The notes beneath the pieces were generated by a model. It did no database searches and was not told where the DNA came from. It saw only the letters and a program-made list of their open reading frames with translations. A program made the translations under genes and the position numbers. Positions 13,801 through 25,600 of a stretch of 64,000 bases of DNA are shown here, one piece after another. The number at the start of each line of letters is the position of its first letter. The stretch's first letter is position 1. The stretch is from Azolla caroliniana (taxonomy: Eukaryota > Plantae > Polypodiophyta). The stretch is taken from the NCBI GenBank assembly GCA_043228905.1, contig JBHGNT010000001.1, positions 21,080,001-21,144,000 on the forward strand, written 5' to 3'.

Positions 13801-16328
13801 TAGTTCCGGCGTCTTCGGCACGGTAAATTCGAGCCGGATTCCCTTCGAGCGGCAGTACTCCTCGAACTGCCCCCGGTACTCACCTCCGTTATCTGCTCGA
13901 ACCGCCTTCAGTTTCCGGCCGGTTTCCCTTTCCACTCTCGCGTGGAGCTCTTTGAAGACGGATAACACCTGATCCTTCGTCTTCAGCGGTGTGGCCCACA
14001 GCTTCCGGCTGTGGTCATCTATGAACGTCACGAAGTACTGCGCTCCGGCATGTGACTTCGTGTCTACTTGACAAACATCCGTATGCACCAACTCCAGTGG
14101 TGCATTACGTCTCATCGGTGGCCTTGGTCGGAAGGAGGTCCGGTTCTGCTTACCGGCCAGACAATCAGTGCACTTCTCTAAGTGCACGTTCTTCACTGGA
14201 ATGAGGTTGTCGTCTCCAAGCCTCTTCATCCCCTTCTCACTCATGTGACATAGCCTCTTGTGCCACAGCTCACCGGCAGTGTCGGAAGCCACGTTCACTT
14301 CTTCCGGACATAACCGGGCATTCATCAGGTACAGTGTGTTTACTTTCCGGGCCCGAGCCACAATCAAGCTCCCTTTGCTGAACTTCATGACACCGTTCCG
14401 GATGCTACCCGTGTAGCCTTCATCATCTAGCCGACCGGCTGATATCAGGTTCAGACGAACTTCCGGAACGTGTCGGACATTTTTCAACAGCAACTTGCAT
14501 CCAGTTGGTGTTGTCAGCCACACATCTCCTATGCCGACAATTCGGCATGTTCCTTCATTCCCCATCCGGACACAGCCGTGATCACCGGCTGAGTAGGATG
14601 AGAAGCATTTCCGGTCCGGGGTAAGGTGGAACGACGCTCCGGAATCTACCACCCAGGTCATCTCATCGCCGGCATGGTTTATCTCACTCTCCTCGGTGAT
14701 GAGCATCAACTCCTCTTCACTTGCCGCAATTGCCGTCGTTCCCTTCCGGTCCGGCCCCCTCCGGTCTTTACCGTTCCGGTTCGGGGTTTGCTTCGAATCG
14801 GTACCGTCGGTTTCCTTGTCTTTACGGAAATGCCGACAGTTCTTTTGGAAGTGTCCCGGCTTGCCACAATAGAAGCAAGTAGGCCTCCCCCTTGACTTTG
14901 ATCGTGTCCCCGACTTCTCCCGGTTCTAGGGACTACGGTTTCTATGTCTTCCGCGTTCCGATTCGGTAAGGAGCACTTTGGAGTCGGAGCTCGTATCTTT
15001 GTCTTTCCGACGAGCCTCCTCATCTAGCAAGCTCGACTTTACTCTTGCTAGGGATAACCGTTTTCCTTCCGGCCCGGCGTTGCCCAAAGTAACAACCAAC
15101 GTCTCCCAGCTATCCGGGAGGGAACCGAGCAGGAGTAGCGCTAGGACCTCATCGGCAAGAGGTACTTCCAATGACGTTGCCTGTTGAATCAGCCCCTGGA
15201 AGGCATTCATATGCTCCGCCATGCTGGAGCCATCTTGGTACCGGAGTCTTACAAGCTTCCGGAATACCGACGCCTGATTGACAGCATTTTTGTTCTGGAA
15301 CATCATGCCGATCTTCTCCCAGAGCTCATGAGCCTTGCTCTCTTCATTGAAGTTGTTGTACAGGCTCATGTCGATGAAGCACCGTATGTACGCCGTTGTC
15401 TTCATGTGCATCACCTCCCATATCGCGGCGTCGATTTTGTCCGGTCTCTTGTCCCCGAACTGAACCGGCAGCCAGAGGTCTTTAACCACGAGCATGTCCC
15501 TCATCTTCGACTTCCACACTGAATAGTTGGAGCCGGTGAGCTTGAACATGCCGCCAAACGATTCGTCCATTTCCTGTGTCGATTTCACTCTGATACCACT
15601 TGTTGGGAACTTGACGTTCCTTATGTCCAATGCTCGGCCACAACCGAGATTCTTTACATACACAAAAAAACAGGTAATGAAACGCGACACAAAAGAGGAG
15701 AAATGGTACACAGGAGGTATACGTGGAAAACCCCAAAATAGGGAAAAAAAACCACGGCAGCCTACAAGCTGCAAACTGTCACTATGTAGAAATATACAAC
15801 AGTGAGATCACTGAGGCAACGACCTCGTGCTCTCAGATCTTCGCCATAGGCGGCGGTTACAACAGAGGCAACGACCTCGTCTCTCTCTCTCTCTCTCTCT
15901 CTCTGTACAGTTACACGCTCTGATTTCTTCTTGCACCAACAAGAAGGAATAACCACAAAAAAAAAACTAAAACCACAAACTAAAAGTTTGCCCTAAGTCA
16001 TATTTATACTAATATGACTTTTCGGCTATTTACAAATGTAGCCTTGATGGGCTCCATCCGGCTCTCCGCAGTCGGGTACTCCCCGTCCGGCTCTCCGCAG
16101 TCGGGTACTCCTCATCCGGTTCATACCGGGCCTACACAATTCGACTCTCCGCAGTCGGGTACTCCTCATCCGGCTTTCCGCAGTCGGGCCTACACCATCC
16201 GACTCTCCGCAGTCGGGTTCTCCCCATCCGGTTCATACCGTTTTGGCCTCGGCCTGTCGGCCTCGGCCGAGTTTGTTCGTCGGCACTGTTCTTCTCCCTT
16301 CCCATCCGGAGGGACCTATCTACCAACA
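10813..16328 (-). mobile_element. Full-length young Ty1/copia element B
   Basis: LTRs 10813-11512 and 15601-16328 (about 10 substitutions plus one 29-bp indel by eye), TSD GGATA both sides, PBS TGGTATCAGAG 15598-15588, PPT AAGGGGGAGTT next to 11512. Confidence 0.97.
11523..15570 (-). pseudogene. gag-pol polyprotein of element B (capsid, CCHC knuckle, PR, INT, RT, RNase H), disabled
   Basis: MDESFGGMFKL start 15570; TAG at 14926-14928; frameshift near 12000; WVVDSGASFH, LVHTDVC, LRTDNGGE-type ADNGGEY, LYVDDML, TKHIQRRYHWIRE. Confidence 0.95.
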
Positions 16329-16528
16329 GGATATTCTAGATCCTCCACTCCTAAGTACATTTAATATAGGACTTACACTTTAGTACCTATATTTTACTCA
16401 CACATGTGCATCTTTGCACATGAGATGTACATATACCTCATTGTGGGTATTTTTGTATTTGATGATGATAATGCTAATTTAATAGAGAGTTAATCATCCC
16501 CCATCTTGTATTGTTCATAAGTGTTAAC

Positions 16529-16577
<49 letters not shown>

Positions 16578-16695
16578 TTCTCTCTCTCTCTTCCTCTCCC
16601 ACACATGCACACACATATCACTTAATCTTTCATTTTTCAACTAATCACATAATTAGGTGCTAATTAACCCTTGCTTAATTACCTAATTATTAACA

Positions 16696-19429
16696 CCTTC
16701 ATCGACAACTACACCCAGAACACGTGGATCTATCTCGCCAAGAAGAAAAGCGAAGTTTTCGACTATTTCCTAAATTCTGCAAAGTCTTGTCAAATGGGAA
16801 ATGGAGAGAAAGATCAAGTGCCTGCGGTCGGATGGCAGAAAAGAATACTTTTTTGGCCAATTCAATAGTTATTTGCAGCAGAAAGGAATTCGGAGGGAAT
16901 TCAGTTGTTGATACACACCTGAACAAAACGGTGTGACGGAAAGGAAGAACCGTTCAATCGTCGAGGTGGCATGGGCAATGCTAGAAGAGAAGAGCATGCC
17001 CAAGTTCTACTAGGCCAAAGCAGTCTAAGCAGTTGTTTACACCAAAACCGGATTAGGAATAAGGTGTCAGCACATGAGGTATATTTCGGACGGAAGTCGA
17101 ATCTAAGGCACCTTAAGACATTCGGTAGCATTGCCTATGTGCATGTGCCGGATGAGAAGAAGAGGAAGTGGTCAGGGGATGGCATCTTCACCAAATAGAC
17201 ATGAAGAATGCATTTCTTCAAGGCGATATTGAAGAATAGTTTTACATGATCCAACCCCCCGGATTTCAGTTGGAGCTAAACAAGTCGGTAGTGTGCCGAC
17301 TCAAGAAGTCACTCTACAGCCTGAAACAACCCCACATGCTTGGAATTCAAAGATCACACACTAGTTGCATAAGATGGGGTTTGCGGCCTCGAAGTCCGAC
17401 TCTTCGTTGTTCATCCGGAAAGGTCTGGATGGTTTGGTATTGATCTTTTTATACGTGGACAATCTAGTGAAGTCCCAATCGTCGGACGCATTCAAAATGA
17501 AGGACCTGGGGGACCTTCATTACTTCCTTCGGATCGAGGTGATCCATAGCCACGACGGCATATTTCTCTCACAGTGATATTATGTGCTAAATATGGTGTA
17601 CAAGTTCGGCATGACCAATTGTCGACCAATCTCCACATCCCTTGATCAGAACCTCAAGCTATGTCTCAACTCCGGACCGGCCTACAATGAGAAACAATTC
17701 CGACAGATCGTCGGAAGCCTTATTTATTTGACAATCACCCGACCCGACATCAGCTATCCGGTCGGAGTGATCGGTTAGTATATGCAGAAGTCAACCGTGG
17801 AGCACCTTTAGTGCGTGCACCGAATAGTGAGGTATGTTAGCAGCACTAAGGACCAGAGACTATTATACCGACACGATATAACCGAAACACTAGTTAGATA
17901 TACGCATGTCGAATGGGCTAGTGATGCGTCGAATCCTCAGTCCACTTCTGGTTACACGTTCTCTTTCGGTAGCGCAGTTGTTGCATGGAGTAGCAAGAAA
18001 CAACCGACTATGGCTCTATCGAGCACTGAGGCTAAGTATCGGGGCACTACCATTGCCACCTGTGAAGCCATATGGCTTCGGCTGCTGTTGCAAGATCTCC
18101 AGATCGAAGTACCAACTTCAATCTCGATCTACTACGACAACATGGGCAACATGCAGCTAGCCAAGAACCTTGTGTTCCATGCTTGGACAAAGCACATAGA
18201 AGTGCATTATCACTTTGTGAGTGAACGGCTCCTCAGCGGTGAAGTCAAAATCCGGTATGTCCAGACGGATCGAAAAGTTGCCGACATCTTCACGAAGGCA
18301 CTCGGAATCGACAAGGTGCAGCATTTTTCGGAGATCCTTCGACTTCAACATCTCAACATGCCGCACTTGAGGGGGGGAAAGGAGGAAACTGGAATGAATA
18401 CCTAGATAATAGGCAAAGGCATCGGACACACAGCTAGAGAGAAGGAAACAACTGAAGTAGGGGGAGACAAAAAGAAAAAGGGAGCCGAATCAATTCTAGA
18501 AGTTTGCACATCCGAACAAGTCCGAACAAGCGGCGATGATGACAAACTCAAGAGGGACAGTCCTGAACGGAAGGAGAAGGCCAAGACCCGGATGTGGTCC
18601 GACATGGTGAAGGGCCTGAAGGATGAAGATGAATTGGAGATAGCTAATTCAGACAAGAGCTAGAACGAATCAGAGGCAACTGATTCTGAAGAGGAGTTCG
18701 ATTCAGAGGAGCCGAATTAATAGAAGGCCAAACAAACGAGAAGGCAACGAAACTCGACACTGACATAGAGGAACCGACAGGTCGAGAAGCGCTAAAGTCA
18801 CAACAACAATAAAGCTGAGATGGGCCTTATGAGCAGACAATCCGATCGAGGAGGTCGAGAGGCACAGAACCGGACGGGTCGTGGGAAGCGGAACCGAACG
18901 AGTCTAGGAGCGCGAACAAGGCGAGAAGAAGACAGAAGAAGCCGAGTGCAAGGTTCGACAGACACTGACACAGAGATCCGACCTCAAGTTGAGCTTGAGG
19001 GGGAGTGTTGAGCGGACAAGCTACCCGGATTCGGATCAGCTTAATAAGCTGGAGCCCGATCGGTATGTAGAATCCAGAGCCGGATCCGAGAGACGGAACG
19101 GATTGTAACCGGTAGGCTGTTAGAGGCCTACAATCCTCGCCTAGTATGTAGGGATATTCCTTGGAGTTAGTGTCAATCGCTCGTATGAGCATTGAAGTAC
19201 TTGTTAGTACTTCTGTCAGTCCTTTTAAGGACTTGTATAAAAAGTGTTATGTGGGACATTGTATGTACACAAAGTGATATTTTGAAATAGAGTTTATGTT
19301 GTTCTGCTCTCTCTTGCTCTCTCTTGCTCTCTGTCTTTGTGATTCAAGCTTCCATTAAAGCTTGTCTATGTTTTTTGTTGCTATCCGGATAAACCTGTTT
19401 TTCACAGCTTCTGCATATTAACTTTGACA
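16696..19429 (+). mobile_element. 5'-truncated degenerate Ty1/copia element C (INT-RT-RNase H, 3' tail, PPT, 3' LTR 19006-19429)
   Basis: [36 protein letters not shown]; GAGGGGGAG then TGTTGAGCGGACAAGC..TTTGACA. Confidence 0.88.
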
Positions 19430-20064
19430 TATATTAGGTCCTATCCGGCCCTACAACCCTACATTCTAGTGGCTTATAGTTGATTTGGCCCTATGGCCTT
19501 CCCGGCCTCTCCAACCTTTTCGGCTTCTAGCCCATCCGGCTTCTTGTTGTGCTTGGCTTTTCAACATCGAATGTCGAGGAACTCTTGTTTGGTAGATTCA
19601 TTTCCTCTACATTAATGGAAATCGGTTGCTCTAACTTGTATATGATTGTCTGAAAGAGGTGTGTATTTTTTGCTTGTCATATTGTTGATATGTTCTATTT
19701 ACATCATCTTTTAGTAGAATTTCAAGTCTTATCTTTTAATCATGGTCAACTAACTTCAAGAACATTAGCACTTTATTCACCCCCCACCAATATTTGATTT
19801 CACTTTGAAAGCTGACTGAAGCGACGTTCAAACTCATATGTGGTTCTTGGTCTTGTCATAAACACCACCACGAGAGCACGGTTGGCTTTAGTGAACCATG
19901 GTTAAGGTTGGCTAAACTCAAGTGTACTTAGGCTAGAGTATGGTAACACCACTATATTGATGTAACTCTCAATTAAGAACTACGAAGAAGTTAAGAGAGG
20001 AAATGAAAGTATGACATCTACACCTATATATAAACAACATGCATAATGGTAAAGGGGGGACAAC

Positions 20065-20112
<48 letters not shown>

Positions 20113-20285
20113 TAGTTATTGAAGCTCTTTGATGCTAATGATTGTATCAACTTTCTCTATTTCACATTGACCAATTATTTATTTAATTTATTCATTATGT
20201 TTTACTATCAAGTATAGGTTATCTATGGGCTACTTACATGAGTGTTAGGATTCCCTTAATGAGTTAGAGTAAGAGAGGGCAACGA

Positions 20286-20645
20286 CTAGACTCAAGCCAA
20301 AACCGAGTTGTTAAACCGTTTTAAATGGTTTGGCGATTTGGCTTTCTATTTCGCTCACTTTAGGCTTGAGCTTCCTTAACCAGTTTGAGCTCGGTGGGAG
20401 ATGGCTTGAGCCAAACTTAACCAAATTGTTTTGGGCCAAATTGGCTCCCAAACAGATTAAGGCTTAAATGCTTTTGCTACACTACTTTACTTTTAATTGG
20501 TTTGGCCAAGCCAGTTAAACCTTAACCTATTTACGCACCAGTTCAGTTCAAGTTTGAAAACTCCCAAACCAATTAAGGCTTAACAAGTTTGGTTTGGACA
20601 AGGTCAAATCACTTAAGCCAAAACCGAACCATTGTTTATTCCTAA
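20286..20645. repeat. AAACC/GGTTT/AAGCC-rich low-complexity array, possibly subterminal repeats of a non-autonomous DNA transposon
   Basis: Dense TTAAGCC, AAACCG, GGTTTGG motifs in both orientations; no TIR/TSD resolved. Confidence 0.35.
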
Positions 20646-21075
20646 GGAAGAATCTCCGTTTGTGCCAGGTAATTAACCACCTTATGTGCCAACCTTGCTT
20701 CCACCCTTGCTTGATTTGTAATCATTTCTCATACCCCATATCGAAAGTACCATTGACTATATTTCACCCTATTGTTTGCTAGACTAGGCTCATCAACATT
20801 ACAACACATCCAATTATTATATTCTATAGATTCTAATAGTTTTGTGTTTTGAAGAAAATACAAGATCCATTCCATCACTACCTTTCACATGCTCCACAAC
20901 AAAAAACATTAAAAAAATGTAAGAAATTTGAGGAAACTTAGATATGTGACACACTTCCAAATACATTCTAATGGATAAGGGGAACAATCAATCATTGATC
21001 TTAGTAAACATTGTGTAGGGAGGATGGAACACATACACATGCAAAAGTAAACGAAATCCATGAAATGAATAAAAG

Positions 21076-21605
21076 GACACGTTTGGGCATTCCTTAGTAT
21101 CTACTCAAGGAAGAAGAATCTCACGTTATGGTTGCAATTTCTTCTTTCTTGTATTCCCGGATCCAAACAACTATTAACAATTGTGAAGAGTAGGAATTCA
21201 AAAAGAGAAGAGAAAGGATTGTTTGTGTTTTCTGTCATGACAAAACTCAAGAGGTGTTGGAATTGGTCAACCCAATAACCCTTTGGATTCTATGGAAACA
21301 CCGATGTAGGCGAGTCTTCTCCAACCAAACCACCCATCCAACAAGGTTACTGCAAGAGATATGGAGTGAAATTGTAGCCAATCTGAAGAGCCAATATGAT
21401 GGCCTTAAAGGTGGCTCCGAGGGAGTTGAAAGACAACGCATAGCCTTCATCCAACAATGGTCGTCCTCTCCCTTTCTTGAGTCAGTGGGCTTCCACATTA
21501 GATGGAACTATCACATCCCTTTAGGGATTTGTACATAATCGTCTCATTTGTAAAATTTTATAACTAATGGAAGGAGTTTTTTTTTGGAAAAAAGAAAAAG
21601 AAAAA
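21076..21605 (+). mobile_element. 3' end of a 5'-truncated L1-type LINE
   Basis: ITLWILWKHRCRRVF matches the plant L1 ORF2 C-terminal LWxLWKxRNxxVF motif; A-rich tail ~21588-21605; left boundary approximate. Confidence 0.7.
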
Positions 21606-22486
21606 CCCCTTTTTGGCAATAATATCTCACAATACTCAAAGAGAAGAAAACAAAATATCAAAGTTTTAAAAACATTTGTATCAAATATACACTTATCCCC
21701 ACATGTACTATCTTTATTTAGTAAGTTTCACACATGGCACTAAACATTGATCGCTACTCATGGAGACACCTCACAAATCTTGCAATCCCCCATTCTCCTT
21801 GATTCTAAATCAACAATTTAAATAATTTAGCATCCATGTCGTCATTATTTCTTAATTGATTACTAGAATGTTGGTTCCAAATTTTATTTCATTTGTTTGA
21901 TTTAGGAAATGTGATTGGATTTTACGCTCGACAAGCTTGCCTCAATTGAAGTACATGACGATGTTGTCATAATGTCGTCCACCTAAGTTCATATTGACTT
22001 CTTTAGGATTGTGGTATGTTTAAATGTGTTTGTGTCTTAAAAGTGAATGAAATATATATTGAAATCATGTTAATGGCCGCATCAATGTGTTTTCCCGCTA
22101 AGAATTGATTTTTGCATAATTCACATATGAGCCACTTTGTATCAAGGAAAGATGCAAATTTGGTTAATTGATAGAAAAAAGAAGAAATATTTGAATAAAT
22201 GTAGCACATGCTACAAATTAATCTTCACAACATATAAAATATGCATTTTTATAGGATACAATGGTGTAAGGTAATAGTCCCATTTCTCAATTTTCTTAAA
22301 CCATGTACATATATATATTCCTAGGAATACACCATAAGTGATATGATTATAGTACATCTCCTAGTGATTCAACTAGGGAGAAACATGTTTGACTCCACAA
22401 TCATTTTGACTGCAAGATCTACCTTTAATTGACAAATCACCTATATATGCTTCTATATTGGTATGTACAATTTACTTTATTAGAGA

Positions 22487-22687
22487 TCATGGAGAAAGAA
22501 ATGATCTAAGGTATTCCAATCGAGTTGGATGCTTGAGCTTGAGCAAAGCTCTGGCTTCATATTTGCGAACCATTTCTCGTGAAATTTTCATTGTTCGCCC
22601 AATTTCACCTAGAGCTCGTTCACCCTTTCCATCTAGCCCAAATCTTTGTCTAATCACAAAGCTCTCCTTGGCTTTTAAGGAATCTAG
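22487..22687 (-). CDS. SIG5: SIG5 exon 5 (66 codons plus stop; sigma region 4 HTH)
   Basis: TTGCAG|CTA acceptor; [35 protein letters not shown]; TGA at 22489-22487. Confidence 0.92.
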   Translation of the reverse strand, partial: LDSLKAKESFVIRQRFGLDGKGERALGEIGRTMKISREMVRKYEARALLKLKHPTRLEYLRSFLSP

Positions 22688-25600
22688 CTGCAATGGAGCA
22701 AAAAAACAAACTCACAAGTTACGAGGGAGAGAATTATAGTTAAGCATGAATTGTAATCTTAATCCATACCCATTTTCCTATTTATAAAGAGAAACCTTAG
22801 TCAGAAATAAAGGAGGGAAGAAAATTTACAGCTCACCTTATGTGTTTTGTACGTTCAATACTATAGAGTAACCATGTCTGGGTGGGACATAGGTTAATCT
22901 TCACAAACTCTTTGTCTTATTAATTAAATTAAATAAGAGACTAATCTGGTGAGCTAAGTATATGCATCCTTGAGAACCATAGGTTGAATGAATCTAGGAT
23001 GATCCCGCTTGGTTTAATTGATAATGCTAAATGCTAATAATATCATGAGCACGAACATGGGGCACACTTGGAGAAGGCAATAACATGACCTATGGAACTC
23101 ATACATAGCATAGAAAGAAAGTATCATTGATATAGCTCATGCATTTCGCTCAAAGTCGCTCTTATCCATATGTGCCCAAGAGGCAAAGATGGATGGTGCA
23201 ACTAGGCAAAGTTATGCAAATTTATTGGATTGGGTCAAAGTATATTTTTAAATGGTCATAAATGCATCATATAATATTCTGATTTAGTTGGGGTAGTGTG
23301 TGGGATGATGTAATCTCCTCTAACTAGGCCTCTCCATGTACAAATTTCTAATTAAAGTTCATGGCTAAAAGAGTTGAGTGTGATTGACACTTTTAATGAC
23401 ATATGGATGATGATATGTGAATGGGTGTATCCCATCATTTCCTTGTAGGTGTCCAATAAATTGTGTTTATGTCAATTCAATAGTATTGCAAGTCATTATT
23501 CTTAGCATACTTCCCCCACCTTTGAAATTCAGGCATGTTTGAAGCAAAGACGCTACATTGTTGAGAATCAAGTTCAACCTAGTGCAACATGTGAACACAC
23601 CCTTTGAGAATCTTTGATCACTCAAAGGTCAAGAGTCACACCACTACTCTCTACACATTAACTATGTGTCATAGAATCATATTCTATGACACATAACTAA
23701 TGAGTTCCATATATTCCCATGACTATGAGTCTTCACATTCCCCAAGAGAGAGTAGTTGTTGTAGTGAGTTAATGAAGAGAGAGGGTGACCTTATATAAAG
23801 CGCCATTCTCCTACTTCATATAGAGTCGTTTGTGACTCCTTGTAATGCTACATTTTGTATCTTATATTCTCCTTGTGAATATACACTTTCTTCTTGAGTA
23901 TTCTATTTTCCATTCTATCTAAGCTATCTTATGTTTTCACTTCTCTCATCTTTTTCCTCTCACACATACACATAACACACATCTCTTCCGCTGCACAAGA
24001 ATCATATCCGATCCTTTACATGGTATTAGAGCGGTTTGATAACTCAATCTAGACCATCTGCGTTTGTTGTGTTCTACGCCGACGTTCAAGAAGAACCGGC
24101 TCATCGCTATCGTAGTGCGACTACATAGCTCGTGTTTGAGAGAGAAGGAAAAGAAGAAAGAAAGCTTCATCGAAAATGAATACTCAAATGGGGAGCGCTC
24201 TCCCTAGTGAGAAGTTGGATCAAAACAACTTAGCATCTTGGGAGTTCAAGATGAACCAATACCTTATTGGTCAATGATATTGGAGCTACATCAAAAGAGC
24301 ACAAGAAAATTGACCCGAACCGAAGACGCCGACTACTCAACATGGGAGCAAGCGGCAAGCTGAGTGATGTATTGATTGGCGACATGTGTTCATGATCACA
24401 TGTTTGGCCACATTTGAGAAACTGTGATGCTGAAGGAAGCGTGGGAGAATCTACGGAAGATTGTCGCAGCCAACACAACCGCAAGAAAGCTTCAACTCCG
24501 CCAAGAGTTGAATAATATCCAACAAAGGGATATGTACATTACAAGCTACACCTTGAAGATCAAGGAGCTTTGTGACTTGCTTGGCTCATTAAGCGTCAAT
24601 GTGGATGATGATGAGATGGTGCAAATATGCCTCGGCGGCCTTGCACCAAGGTTCAGCACGATGAGGACCATCGTACTAGCACGGGAGAATCCTCCCTCTT
24701 TCTTCGATCTTCAATCCATGTTTTTGGTTAAAGAAAACCATGTTCAAACAAGGAACAATGCCTCGGAAGGTCACATGCTCTAAATGCATTCGAACGGAGG
24801 AAGAGGACGCGACTGAACAAGAGGCTGCTTCGGCCAAGGACGACGCAGACAAGCTCTGACTCACAAAAAAAACTCCTAATTTCGGCAACAAGACGGAAGC
24901 CATCGAGGAACCTTCGGAATAAGGGGGAGCTTCCATTCCGACCTGAGCTGACAAATCTCGATCGAATGCGGATAGTGCGGTAAAATCGGTCACTATGAAG
25001 AAGAGTGCTGAAAGAAGATGCGCGAGTTGGCTTCCACTAGCTGACAACTCACCAATTATGCCACCAACTCCGACTATGATGATCATGGCGGAATGTTCGT
25101 GATGAGACATTGAGCAAATTCTATGTTGGCTTCTACTTTAACTAGTGCCTCCGGTCCGAAAGATGTATGGTTCGTCAACTCCAGTGCTTCGAACCATATT
25201 ATGTCTCATCAAGAATGGTTCTGAGAACTTTGAGACTCGGACCGACCCGGCTATGTCGAAACCGGAGACGACACTACTCATCTGATTTGGCACATCGCTA
25301 ATGTTCCATTTGGCAAAGAAGGTAACCAAACTTACATTAAGAATGTACTGCATGTACCTACCATTACGAAGAATTTGGTTTCCATCAGCCAAGTTGTTGA
25401 GCAAGTGATGCAAGTTCGATTTAATCAAGAAGGTTGCTTCATCGAGAAAGAGGGTCGACTTATCACTCGTTGATGAAGAGAGGACCGAATGTTCATTCTC
25501 GACTCGCACGAGATGAAATCGGCCATGTTTGCAAAAGGCACCAAAGCCGACAACGACATAGAGTTGTGGTACAAGCGGATTGGCCACATCAACCTCCAAA

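Larger units (their letters stand above)
7328..16695 (+). mobile_element. Degenerate Ty1/copia element E (LTR 7328-7767, PBS 7768-7779, gag-pol with RT/RNase H deleted, PPT ~10673-10680, 3' LTR 10683-16695 interrupted by element B)
   Basis: TGGTATCAGAGC; gag MNTQMGSSLPIEKLDRSNY from 7919; [16 protein letters not shown]; both LTRs end AATTACCTAATTATTAACA. Confidence 0.8.

Noticed and set aside
12014-13972. Numerous antisense and alternative-frame ORFs over B pol (likewise over G)
   Set aside because: Shadow ORFs of GC-rich coding sequence, no independent motifs
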